Shown piece by piece: positions 36,722 to 45,740 of a DNA stretch of 64,000 nt (its first letter is position 1; each line of letters starts with the position of its first letter). The position numbers were made by a program, and so were the translations under genes. Under the pieces are notes generated by a model. It saw nothing but the letters and a program-made list of their open reading frames with translations, did no database searches and was not told the origin of the DNA. Source of the stretch: Clostridia bacterium (lineage in GTDB: Bacteria; Bacillota; Clostridia; Saccharofermentanales; UBA5734); assembly GCA_040776905.1 (NCBI GenBank), contig JAXGZQ010000001.1, positions 1,564,400 through 1,628,399 of the forward strand, in the 5' to 3' direction.

Positions 36722-38284
36722 ATGGCGGTACTGCAGGCCCTTCAACTCAGTAAATCATTTCCCGATAATGAACTTTTTCACGATCTGACATTCAGTCTGG
36801 AGCGGCATGAACGAGTCGGTCTGGTTGGAATCAATGGCAGCGGCAAGACGACATTGCTGCGAATTCTGGCTGGTCTGGAACCGCCCGACAGCGGTCGTAT
36901 TCAATTCAGCAAAGGCAGCTTGACCGGGTTGATGCGTCAGGATCCGGATCCCCGCCAGGATGCGGCGATGATCATCGAAAGCAGCACGGACCCGGCAGGC
37001 GCAGCCCTACTTTACCAGACCGGACTGCCTGTTATGCCACTGGATCAGCCGGATCGCCTCTCGGGCGGAGAACGGACGCGCCTTGCCCTGAGCCGCTGTC
37101 TGACAGCCGGGTATGATATTCTGCTGCTTGACGAACCAACGGCGAATCTTGATTTTGGCGGTATCCGCCAGACGATTCAGCTGATCAATACTTATCCGGG
37201 CAGTCTGGTGATCGTCTCGCATGACCGCTATTTTCTGGATGAGACGGTTTCGCGCATCATCGAACTGGAGCATGGTGTTCTGACCAGCTATGAAGGCAAT
37301 TACACGGATTATCGTGCCGAGAAAAAACACCAGTACGAAGCCAGTCTGCATCGCTACCAGTCATCTGTGCGCGAAGAATCGAGGTTGGAGGCCTCTATCC
37401 AGGTGATTCAGCAGCGGGCAGAGAAATCCCACCGGCTATCGACGGCCAAGGACAGCAGCGGCCTGAAAATGGGCCTGAAGGAGGGGAAACGGGTGAGAGC
37501 CCGCAAACTGGACCGGCAGGCGAAAAATGATATCAGGCGGCTGGAACGACAGCGGCAGGGCCGGGAGGCTAAACCGAAAGCAGAGCGCAGGCTGCAATTT
37601 GAGATCGCGTCGGCCGGTCCGCTCGGGCATCGGATCATCGAAGCCAATGATCTGGCGAAGGGCTATCAAGGACGCAGGCTATTTGCGGACAGTCGTTTTT
37701 ATGTCAGCCGGGGTGAGAAAATCGCGGTCTTCGGACCAAATGGCTGCGGCAAGACGACCTTGGTCCGAATGATTCAGGGGCTTGAACATCCAGACGAAGG
37801 GACCTTGTGGCTGAGTGGTTCAGCCCGGATTTTCTACTTGAATCAACAGACGGATGATCTGCCTGAACGACAGACGCTTTCAGAGTACCTGCTGACGATT
37901 GTCCCGAAACTGGACGGTCACGTGCGGGCGGTGATCGACCAGATCGGATTCTCTCAATCTCAACTGGAACAGCGTCTGGGCAGCCTGAGCATGGGTGAGC
38001 AGATGAAAGTCCGCCTGCTGGAGGCGATCCTCAGTCAGAGCGATCTGCTGATTTTGGATGAACCGACGAATTTTCTCGATCTGCATGCACGTGAGACCCT
38101 TGAGGACGCATTGACGGACTATGGCGGAACGGTTCTGATCGTCTCGCATGATCTCTATCTGCTGCGTCAGATCTGTGATAAAGTTCTCTTATTTGAACAG
38201 GGTAAAATCAAACGGATTGAAGACAGCTTCGCGGAATATTCCGATAAACGAATGCTCAATCCCGGTGACCGGATGTCACCTTAA
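36722..38284 (+). CDS. ABC-F family ATPase (ARE-like architecture)
   Basis: Two ABC cassettes (GINGSGKTT / GPNGCGKTT; LSGGERTR / LSMGEQMK), no TM domain, and a ~90-aa Arg/Lys-rich interdomain linker. Confidence 0.9.
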   Translation: MAVLQALQLSKSFPDNELFHDLTFSLERHERVGLVGINGSGKTTLLRILAGLEPPDSGRIQFSKGSLTGLMRQDPDPRQDAAMIIESSTDPAGAALLYQTGLPVMPLDQPDRLSGGERTRLALSRCLTAGYDILLLDEPTANLDFGGIRQTIQLINTYPGSLVIVSHDRYFLDETVSRIIELEHGVLTSYEGNYTDYRAEKKHQYEASLHRYQSSVREESRLEASIQVIQQRAEKSHRLSTAKDSSGLKMGLKEGKRVRARKLDRQAKNDIRRLERQRQGREAKPKAERRLQFEIASAGPLGHRIIEANDLAKGYQGRRLFADSRFYVSRGEKIAVFGPNGCGKTTLVRMIQGLEHPDEGTLWLSGSARIFYLNQQTDDLPERQTLSEYLLTIVPKLDGHVRAVIDQIGFSQSQLEQRLGSLSMGEQMKVRLLEAILSQSDLLILDEPTNFLDLHARETLEDALTDYGGTVLIVSHDLYLLRQICDKVLLFEQGKIKRIEDSFAEYSDKRMLNPGDRMSP

Positions 38285-38355
38285 CTTGCACCGCATTAAC
38301 GCCGGATAACAGAAAAGGGTATACTAATCATATCAGGAAATGGGGGATCAGAGAA

Positions 38356-39135
38356 ATGAAACTAGGGCTATGCTGCTCAATTGATGACGCCGAAACAGCG
38401 AAAGCGATCGGTTATGACTATTTTGAGTGTAATTTCGCGGCCATGACCCAGCTGGATGAACCAGCCTATCAGGCGATGGCCGAAACCGTTGAGACGATAG
38501 CGTTTCAACCGCTGGCGATGAATGTGATGCTCAGCAGTGGTTTTCGCCTGACCGGAGAAGCGGCCGACCCTGAAGCGGCCCGCGGTTTTCTCGTTAAGGG
38601 GATGGCACGGGCCGCCCGGCTGGGGACACAGATTGTGGTCTTCGGTTCCGGAGGCGCCCGTAATCTGCCGCCGGATTTCCACGACCGGCCGAGAGCGTAC
38701 GATCAGATCACTGACTTCGCCCGCATGGCCGGGTCGATTGCCGCCGAACATGGCATCACCATCGCGATTGAGCCTCTGTCGTTTCGTGAAGGCAATATCG
38801 TTAATCTGATCGGTGAAGCGGTCTATCTGGCCGATCGGGTCGCGCTGCCTAATGTGAGGGTTCTGGCTGATTATTACCATATGGTCGGCAACCGGGAAAC
38901 CGCCGGAATACTCCAGGGACTTGCCCCCTGGATCGCGCATTGCCATATTGCCCAGTCACCGCTGCGAACCTATCCGTCGCCGGATGACGGGCAGGACTAT
39001 CGACCGCTCTTCCGGGCGCTGAACGCCGGCGGCTATCAGGGCGGCATCAGTGTTGAAGCCGGACGACCGGATCCTTTCGTGGAAAAAGCGCAGGAAACCC
39101 TGACCTATCTGAAGCAGTTGACGGCTGAAACCTGA
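38356..39135 (+). CDS. sugar phosphate isomerase/epimerase (xylose isomerase-like TIM barrel)
   Basis: 259 aa. IAIEPL...ADYYHM...HIAQ metal-ligand pattern of the AP-endonuclease-2/TIM family. Confidence 0.85.
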   Translation: MKLGLCCSIDDAETAKAIGYDYFECNFAAMTQLDEPAYQAMAETVETIAFQPLAMNVMLSSGFRLTGEAADPEAARGFLVKGMARAARLGTQIVVFGSGGARNLPPDFHDRPRAYDQITDFARMAGSIAAEHGITIAIEPLSFREGNIVNLIGEAVYLADRVALPNVRVLADYYHMVGNRETAGILQGLAPWIAHCHIAQSPLRTYPSPDDGQDYRPLFRALNAGGYQGGISVEAGRPDPFVEKAQETLTYLKQLTAET

Positions 39136-39186
39136 ACACACAGATTGTCAGATGCTGTCACCGCAGACGGGTGGTAATAATTTCAA

Positions 39187-39228
39187 TGAAAAAGCCCTGC
39201 GTCACCGCAGGGCTTTCAGTTTTTCATA
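39187..39228. terminator. bidirectional intrinsic terminator
   Basis: AAAGCCCTGCG-TCAC-CGCAGGGCTTT perfect 11-bp stem, with an A-run on the left and a T-run on the right. Confidence 0.7.
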
Positions 39229-39249
39229 TCCATTCAGCTCGCCAGGGTG

Positions 39250-41259
39250 TCAATCTATCTGATTCATCTCGATCGCCTGCCAGGCATCCGGCAGCTCAAC
39301 GGTCAGGCTGGCCGATCCATCGCGATCAGACACCGCCAGCAGCTGATCGGTGAAAACCAATCGGGCTTTGATCCGGTCAGCGGCCAGACCTGGCAGATCA
39401 ATCGTCACCCGGACCGGGTTCAGATAGCTGAGCGGCCGTTTGCCGATACCGTTGATCAGATGGAGCAGATACGCATCCCGGCAGCGGAAGACCGTCATCT
39501 GAATGCCAGGCTGACGACTGACGTGAACAAGTGGCCGGTTGATCTGGGAGCGGATCAGCTGCTCTGCCAGAACCAGATGGTCGTGCAGTCCGAATTCGTT
39601 GATCAGATCTGACAGACTGAACAGCAGGCTGATCACCTGGCCGCTGCCGGCCTGGTTTCGGGTGATCAGGGGAATTTTGGTCCTGGACGCTGGCAGGCTG
39701 GCGCGTTCCGGCGGAGCGCCGACCGCTTCAAGCGGTGCGAAAGACGGGACCAGAGTTGCCAGGCAGTCTGCCCGATCGGCCCGGGCATAGGTGACGGAAC
39801 CGCGCAGCGGCAGCAGCTCAACCTCGTTGAAAGCAGACGGTATCAGAGCATGGCCGGTCGGCTCCAGACGCAGGTAGGCGGCTGTCAGTGGTTCACTTTG
39901 AACCTGTGAGGCATGCAGCCCCGAAAGCTCGCGTAATGTATCTGACGTATCCGGCAGACGGCCTTCCGTGATCAGGTGGCCACCTTGCCGGACATAGTCA
40001 TCGATGGCTTCAATCAGGTGTGGACTCCAATTGAAACCGGAAGGGACAATGACCACCTGGCAGGCCTCAAGTTGTCGGTGGCTGACAATTTCCTGCTGCA
40101 GCAAGGTGTAGGGGATATGCGCGTCACTGAGCGCCTGAAGCCAGCCATGGTCCTGCGGCCGCCCGTCCCAGAGCAGCCCGGCTTCCGTATAGGGCGATGC
40201 TGTCTCCATCAGGGATTCTATCTGTTTGGCCTTCGCGTTGACTGTCCGGACGCTGTGCAAAATCCGCTGATCAAGAATGGTATCAGGAATTCCGGTGAGC
40301 GAATGCCACAGTGATCCACCGGCGGCAGGAACCTGACTGAGCCAATACTGGTACTCCGCGGTTGGAAGTCCGGTATGGCGCCAGTCCATGCCGGGTGAGG
40401 AATGGATGATGCCGAAGGGGCGATAATCAGGCTGGGCCGCCTGACACAGCTGCATCCGGACCATGGGGGTCCAGTCGGCAGACAATCGCCTCCTGCCGCG
40501 GGACAGAATATTCTGCGATTCATCACAGATCAGTTCAGCAACCGGCTGGTCCAGATAACGGATCTGCTCATCCCAGTAGTAGAGGATAATTGGCAGATCC
40601 GGCTTTTCGTCCTTGACTGCCTTTCGCAGCAGCAGCGCATTATCGCGCATCTGTTCGCTGCGCCATGAAGGATCAAAGTCATCAGCGTCATCTGGCATCG
40701 GATTTTGATAGAGCTGTTCATAGCGGGAGCGGCAACGGTCGCACCAGCAATCCGTCGGGAAAGGAGCGTTGTAGAACAGACCGTCAAAATCATAGCGGGA
40801 AACAGCTTCGCGCAGAACCTGAGCCCCTCCGGCTTCGTTTCGCCACGGCGACTGCATGCAGGTGTGATAGAGCAGCGACCAGCCGCCGGGCCTTTCAGCT
40901 CCGATCAGGCGCGGGCTTCCGGTCTGGTCACGGGCGACCCAGTCAGGATGCTGCAAATAAGCTTCATCGTGTATTTTGCTGAAGTCGAACCGGGCGATGA
41001 AACGGATATTCAGCGCGTGACAGGCTGCGATGACTTCCGCGACCAGATCGCGGCCGGCTGGCAGGAACTCATTGACATGATGGCCTTCCACCTGGCTGTC
41101 ATACCAGGCATAAATACCACCCAGATTGAAGACGAGCGCGTTGGCTCCCAGTGATTTGATCTGCCCGGCCAGCCGCTTCGGCTCGATCCGCGCGGTGTCG
41201 CGGACCTGCAAATTGGTCTGAATCACACGCGTCGGGTGTTGGTACCATTCAGTTTTCAT
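39250..41259 (-). CDS. GH42-like/GHL6-like protein, paralogue B
   Basis: MKTEWYQHPTRVIQTNL..., ACHALNIRFIARFDF, HPDW, DGLFYN, CWCDRC. GGAGG SD 6 nt before ATG 41259. Overlaps the upstream stop by 11 nt. Confidence 0.7.
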   Translation of the reverse strand: MKTEWYQHPTRVIQTNLQVRDTARIEPKRLAGQIKSLGANALVFNLGGIYAWYDSQVEGHHVNEFLPAGRDLVAEVIAACHALNIRFIARFDFSKIHDEAYLQHPDWVARDQTGSPRLIGAERPGGWSLLYHTCMQSPWRNEAGGAQVLREAVSRYDFDGLFYNAPFPTDCWCDRCRSRYEQLYQNPMPDDADDFDPSWRSEQMRDNALLLRKAVKDEKPDLPIILYYWDEQIRYLDQPVAELICDESQNILSRGRRRLSADWTPMVRMQLCQAAQPDYRPFGIIHSSPGMDWRHTGLPTAEYQYWLSQVPAAGGSLWHSLTGIPDTILDQRILHSVRTVNAKAKQIESLMETASPYTEAGLLWDGRPQDHGWLQALSDAHIPYTLLQQEIVSHRQLEACQVVIVPSGFNWSPHLIEAIDDYVRQGGHLITEGRLPDTSDTLRELSGLHASQVQSEPLTAAYLRLEPTGHALIPSAFNEVELLPLRGSVTYARADRADCLATLVPSFAPLEAVGAPPERASLPASRTKIPLITRNQAGSGQVISLLFSLSDLINEFGLHDHLVLAEQLIRSQINRPLVHVSRQPGIQMTVFRCRDAYLLHLINGIGKRPLSYLNPVRVTIDLPGLAADRIKARLVFTDQLLAVSDRDGSASLTVELPDAWQAIEMNQID

Positions 41260-43405
41260 GGTCATCCTCCAGCCGCAGATGGACCGCGGCAAATTCATCG
41301 AGCTGATCAATCCGGATATGAATCTGCTGCTGCTCGGTTTTGCAGACCACAGATCCGCCATGTTCACAGCGCAGCCAGTCTGAGCCGGCCAGTTGTGTTC
41401 CTGCGTCCAGTTGAATCGTGATCTCCAGATCCCGGACGGAAACGAGCTGGCGCATGGGACGGCGGGTCGATCCGGTCATGTTGACAAGCGACAGAATCAG
41501 GGAGTCGGAATCCGCCGCGTCGCGGGTCAGCGCGACCTGTACGCTTTCCGGCGCGTTTGTTGACAGCGACAGCGGTTGTCCGGCGGTCCAGCGAACCGCG
41601 TTTTCCAGCGTCTGGATAAAATCCTCATGTCCGTTCGTGTAACAGCTGCGGTCGGTCTGGTTCGCGAAGTAGATGACCCGGCCCTGGCCATATTCGCGAG
41701 CGATGATGGTCGGGAACTCTGTTTCCAGCTGGTCGGTCCAGGCAAACTCCGGCGGCTGGTTATAAATCTGGGGGATATAGGTGCAGATGACTTCCTGATC
41801 ACTCTGGCCGCTGTAGCGGACCAGCAGCGTCCGATCCTCATTCATGATCACGCGGGTATGATCAATGTCCATGTCGGCCAGCACGGGATGGCCGGGCTGG
41901 CGAACAAGCTGGTAACAATCACTGCCGGTGTCGCGCCACATACCGGTCCAGCTGGCGCCGAACAGGTCGGACAGGCCGAAGTCTGGCCGGCGGGCACCCT
42001 GCTCGTCGAACAGGGAGGTCTGGTAGGTCGCGACCAAACCGCCGCCGCGCCGCACATAGTCGCGGATGATCGTGATCTGCTCATCACTGAGGTGTGTCGT
42101 GTTTGGCATGATCAAAGTTTTCAGGGTCATCAGTTTCTCCGGTGTCAGATCCAGATCCGTGATGAAGCTATACTGAATATGGCAGTCTGTCAGCATCCGC
42201 TCCACACCGCTGATCATCGTTCCGTACTGATCGAGTTCCTCCCGGTCATGCCCATTGGCGTCACGGCTGGGTTTGGAGTAGAAAATCGCGGTGTCCGTGA
42301 CCGGCTGCTGATTGCGCAGCAGGTCTTCATGCAGCAGGCTGTATTGATAGGCCGGCTGTTCGATCATTGCGTTGCGGGTGTCCTCGGTCGCCCCGGGGTG
42401 CTGCCCGTTGAACATGCAGTTCCACATACCGCCGCCGACACTCAGAGTCTGCCACAGCCAGATTCGGGTTTCGGTTGAGGGTGCCTTGATATAGCGCCAC
42501 TTGGTTCCGTTGTTGCCATAGAGAACGATTGCCTGCTTGGCGGGGTCCAGCGCTTTGAGAAAACGGATGGTTGAGGCTGGTGCGTTGAGATGATCGTATT
42601 TACGGCCCGGGTGCGCGCTGCCGTCCTGAAACGCGGGACTGAGCAGGAAATCGAAATAATCTCTGGCGTTATATAGATCAATGCCGGTCTGGACAGCATT
42701 GCCGACATGGAACATGCCGAAGATCTCGGCGCAATAAGCTTTGTCTTCACCGAAGCTCTTCACCGTTGATCGCATCCGCTGCATGTGGCGGTCGGCATGG
42801 CCGGCTTTCCAGGCACGGTACTCAGCGAAGACCGGTGAGGTATAATCATTGGTTTCAGGGATTTCATTCCCGGTCTCCTGGCGGTACAGGGTACGGCAGG
42901 ACTGGCAGTAACAGGGGCCGATACCGAAGTTAAGACAGTTCTGCCAGATGCCGTCCACGGCATAGCGGCTCATGAACTGCCGCAGATAGTCCACCGCGTG
43001 ACCGTTCGCGTACTCACCGGTATAACAGGGGCGCCGGATGAATTTCCAGAGTACATGCGGATCGCCCTTGACGTCCTGGGCGAACCAGTCCGGCTGCTGC
43101 TCATAGCGTTCGGGTTCAACCCCGCGGAAATCGAGGCGGGCAATGACTTTGATATCCGCCGCGTGACAGGCATCAATCAATTCGGCCAGCCAGTCCTGCC
43201 CGCCGAGAAACTGGTTGATGCGCGCAAGATGAGTCTTGTTGGGGAAATAGTCGATGACACCACCGCCATTGACGATCATGCAGTTCGCGCCGATGGTCTG
43301 CAGATAGCGGACGACCTCGTCCGCGCGATAGTTGCGGATATCCGGTTCACGCAGAACCGACTGTACCATGCGAAGAGGTTTCTGATACCAGTGAAGGCTG
43401 TTCAT
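41249..43405 (-). CDS. GH42-like/GHL6-like protein, paralogue C
   Basis: MNSLHWYQKPLRMVQSVL..., ACHAADIKVIARLDF, QPDW, DGIWQN, CYCQSC. GATase-like middle domain (TLIMPNTTHLSDEQ...GGGLVATY). Confidence 0.7.
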   Translation of the reverse strand: MNSLHWYQKPLRMVQSVLREPDIRNYRADEVVRYLQTIGANCMIVNGGGVIDYFPNKTHLARINQFLGGQDWLAELIDACHAADIKVIARLDFRGVEPERYEQQPDWFAQDVKGDPHVLWKFIRRPCYTGEYANGHAVDYLRQFMSRYAVDGIWQNCLNFGIGPCYCQSCRTLYRQETGNEIPETNDYTSPVFAEYRAWKAGHADRHMQRMRSTVKSFGEDKAYCAEIFGMFHVGNAVQTGIDLYNARDYFDFLLSPAFQDGSAHPGRKYDHLNAPASTIRFLKALDPAKQAIVLYGNNGTKWRYIKAPSTETRIWLWQTLSVGGGMWNCMFNGQHPGATEDTRNAMIEQPAYQYSLLHEDLLRNQQPVTDTAIFYSKPSRDANGHDREELDQYGTMISGVERMLTDCHIQYSFITDLDLTPEKLMTLKTLIMPNTTHLSDEQITIIRDYVRRGGGLVATYQTSLFDEQGARRPDFGLSDLFGASWTGMWRDTGSDCYQLVRQPGHPVLADMDIDHTRVIMNEDRTLLVRYSGQSDQEVICTYIPQIYNQPPEFAWTDQLETEFPTIIAREYGQGRVIYFANQTDRSCYTNGHEDFIQTLENAVRWTAGQPLSLSTNAPESVQVALTRDAADSDSLILSLVNMTGSTRRPMRQLVSVRDLEITIQLDAGTQLAGSDWLRCEHGGSVVCKTEQQQIHIRIDQLDEFAAVHLRLEDDHEN

Positions 43406-43511
43406 GATGCTGCCGCCTTTCTTATGTTGAAATGGAATGGATGGTCAAAGTATTCTCATTTTAGGTTAAGCCTGAGATCCCTGTCAAACCGGGCACGCGG
43501 TGTCGGGGGTC

Positions 43512-43520
43512 TGTTATAAT
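43512..43520 (+). promoter_or_regulatory. extended -10 element TGtTATAAT upstream of paralogue D
   Basis: Read directly, 31 nt upstream of ATG 43551. No good -35. Confidence 0.35.
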
Positions 43521-43550
43521 AGTGGCATATCGCAACAGGGAGGGACATCA

Positions 43551-45689
43551 ATGGGCGCCTGGTATGAGACAACAAAACGCTGGTGTCAGACCAATCTGAC
43601 CGAGGATGATCTGCAGCGCAGTGATCTTTCGTTCTGGCAGAAGTTCTGGCGGGAACAGGATATTCAGGGCGTTATAATCAACTGCGGCGGGATCGTCAGT
43701 TATTTCAACAGCCAGTCACCGGATCTGTACCGACCGGCCCAACTGGGTGAAACGGATCTGTATGGCCGTTATCACGCGGCCGCCCGTGACATGGGACTGG
43801 CCGTGATTGCCCGGATGGACATCAATAGCATGCATGAAGCGTTCTACAGAAAGCATCCGGACTGGTTCTGCGTGGACCGTGACGCCAATCCGGTGATGAC
43901 GCAGGGCCGCTATGTCGCCTGTGTCAGCGGCGGATATTACCGGCAGTTCATTCCCATGATACTGCGGGAAATCATCGAACGCTATCATCCGGACGGATTT
44001 GCCGATAACAGCTGGGCCGGCCTGGGACGCCAGAGCATCTGCTATTGCCGCAGCTGTCAGACCGGTTTTGAGGCGGCGACCGGACTGGAACTCCCCTTGT
44101 CCGCCAGCTGGGATGATGCGGCCTACGCACCATGGATCCGCTGGAATTACCAGCAGCGGGTGGATGTCTGGCAGCTGTTCAACGAAGTGACCCGCGAGGC
44201 GGGCGGTGAAGATTGCCGCTGGTTCGGCATGCTTCATGCCAATCCGTTTCATGCCGGTGACCGGTTTGTCGATCTGCGCCGTCTCCTGCAGCTGACCCCG
44301 TTTGTTTTTTGTGACCATCAATCGCGCGATGAGCTGAACGGTTTCGAGCAGAACAGTATCAATGGTGATCTGCTGCGTCTGGCAGCCGGCGGACAAGTTC
44401 CTGTGGCCCAGAGCATGGCGCATTACTTCCGCGGCATCAGGACCTACCGTCTCAGCGCCGCGGCACCGGGTGAGGTCAGGCTGTGGATGTTGGCTGGATT
44501 TGCCGGCGGGATACTGCCATGGCTGCATTTCATCAGTGGAAACCAGGAAGACCGGAGGCGCTTTCACCTGACCGGTGACCTGGTTCATTTTCATAAACAA
44601 CATGAAGACCGGCTGACCGGAAGGACTCCACTGGCACGAGTCGCTGTTCTCTGGAGCCAGGATAATATTAATTTTTACGGACGCGATCAGGTGGTTGAGC
44701 GGTGTGAGTATCCCTGGCGCGGTATGATCCACGCGCTGTCTGAAAAGGGAGTTCCGGTTCTGCCGCTGCATGCGGATGATCTGGCCGATCATCTGGATCA
44801 TCTGAAGCTGCTGATTCTACCCGATCTGGCGGTGCTTTCCGAGTCACAGACCGATTGTCTGCTCGACTGGATGCGGCGCGGCGGCTCTCTTGTACTCAGC
44901 CAGCGGACCAGCCTGCTTGATCCGGACGGCCAGCCCGGGATCCATTCCCGTCTCTGGCAGGCACTTGGCCTTTCCGGCGGTCGAAAAATGATCGGTCTGG
45001 CTGACAGCGGCAGCGCGGCCTGGACTCAGCATGAAACACACAGCTACCTTCGACTGCCGGAGAATGACCGCCATCCGATGCTTGACGGGTTCGCCGACAC
45101 TGACATCCTGCCGTTTGGCGGCCGGGTCCTGGCGATTCGCTCTGACGGACCGCTTCGTCCTGTCCTGACCTATATTCCGTCGTTCCCGATTTATCCACCG
45201 GAATTCAGCTGGATCCGCGGTGAGCAGAGTGACGTCGCTCCGATTCTGGCCGGTGAATGGCCGGAAGGCGGCCGTGTAGTGTATCTGGCCGGTGACATTG
45301 ACCGCTGTTATGGCCGGTATCAGACGCCTGATCTGGGCCGGCTGCTCTATCAGGCTGTTCGGTGGGCTGCGCGAGACCGGCTGGGCTGCCGGGTCGAAGC
45401 GCCCGGACATGTCCACACGGCCCTGTCCGTTCAGAAAGACGGCCTGATGATTCAACTGATCAATCTCGCCGGCGCGGACGGTCCGGTCGGCACCTGCCGC
45501 GGTGCTCTGCCGATCGGTCCGGTCAAGGTGATACTCGACACGGATCTGCTGCAGGAAGGCGCCGCGGCGGACTGCCAGGTCTCCGGACAGACGGTGCCTG
45601 TTGAGCCGCTGCCGAACGGGCAATGGTTGATCCGACTGGAAAAACTGCAGGAGCATGAACTGGTTTTATGCTATAATAATCCGGTATGA
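43551..45689 (+). CDS. GH42-like/GHL6-like protein, paralogue D
   Basis: MGAWYETTKRWCQTNL..., VIARMDI, HPDW, DGFADN, CYCRSC; LLILPDLAVLSESQ...GGSLVLS. GGGAGGG SD 7 nt before ATG 43551. Confidence 0.7.
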   Translation: MGAWYETTKRWCQTNLTEDDLQRSDLSFWQKFWREQDIQGVIINCGGIVSYFNSQSPDLYRPAQLGETDLYGRYHAAARDMGLAVIARMDINSMHEAFYRKHPDWFCVDRDANPVMTQGRYVACVSGGYYRQFIPMILREIIERYHPDGFADNSWAGLGRQSICYCRSCQTGFEAATGLELPLSASWDDAAYAPWIRWNYQQRVDVWQLFNEVTREAGGEDCRWFGMLHANPFHAGDRFVDLRRLLQLTPFVFCDHQSRDELNGFEQNSINGDLLRLAAGGQVPVAQSMAHYFRGIRTYRLSAAAPGEVRLWMLAGFAGGILPWLHFISGNQEDRRRFHLTGDLVHFHKQHEDRLTGRTPLARVAVLWSQDNINFYGRDQVVERCEYPWRGMIHALSEKGVPVLPLHADDLADHLDHLKLLILPDLAVLSESQTDCLLDWMRRGGSLVLSQRTSLLDPDGQPGIHSRLWQALGLSGGRKMIGLADSGSAAWTQHETHSYLRLPENDRHPMLDGFADTDILPFGGRVLAIRSDGPLRPVLTYIPSFPIYPPEFSWIRGEQSDVAPILAGEWPEGGRVVYLAGDIDRCYGRYQTPDLGRLLYQAVRWAARDRLGCRVEAPGHVHTALSVQKDGLMIQLINLAGADGPVGTCRGALPIGPVKVILDTDLLQEGAAADCQVSGQTVPVEPLPNGQWLIRLEKLQEHELVLCYNNPV

Positions 45690-45740
45690 TTTTTCTTCCT
45701 GACCACGATGAGATAAACAGATAAATGAGGTGAATAGCGA

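Noticed and set aside
36458-36745. 95-aa minus-strand ORF in the ABC-F leader region
   Set aside because: It has no SD, would overlap the ABC-F start, and has no recognisable domain. The region is better explained as a structured 5' leader.
41576-45656. Antisense ORFs inside the GH42-like genes (41576..42478 +, 43716..44801 -, 44844..45656 -)
   Set aside because: Each is embedded opposite a paralogue whose frame is validated by the four-way protein alignment. The antisense translations are low-complexity and lack starts with an SD.
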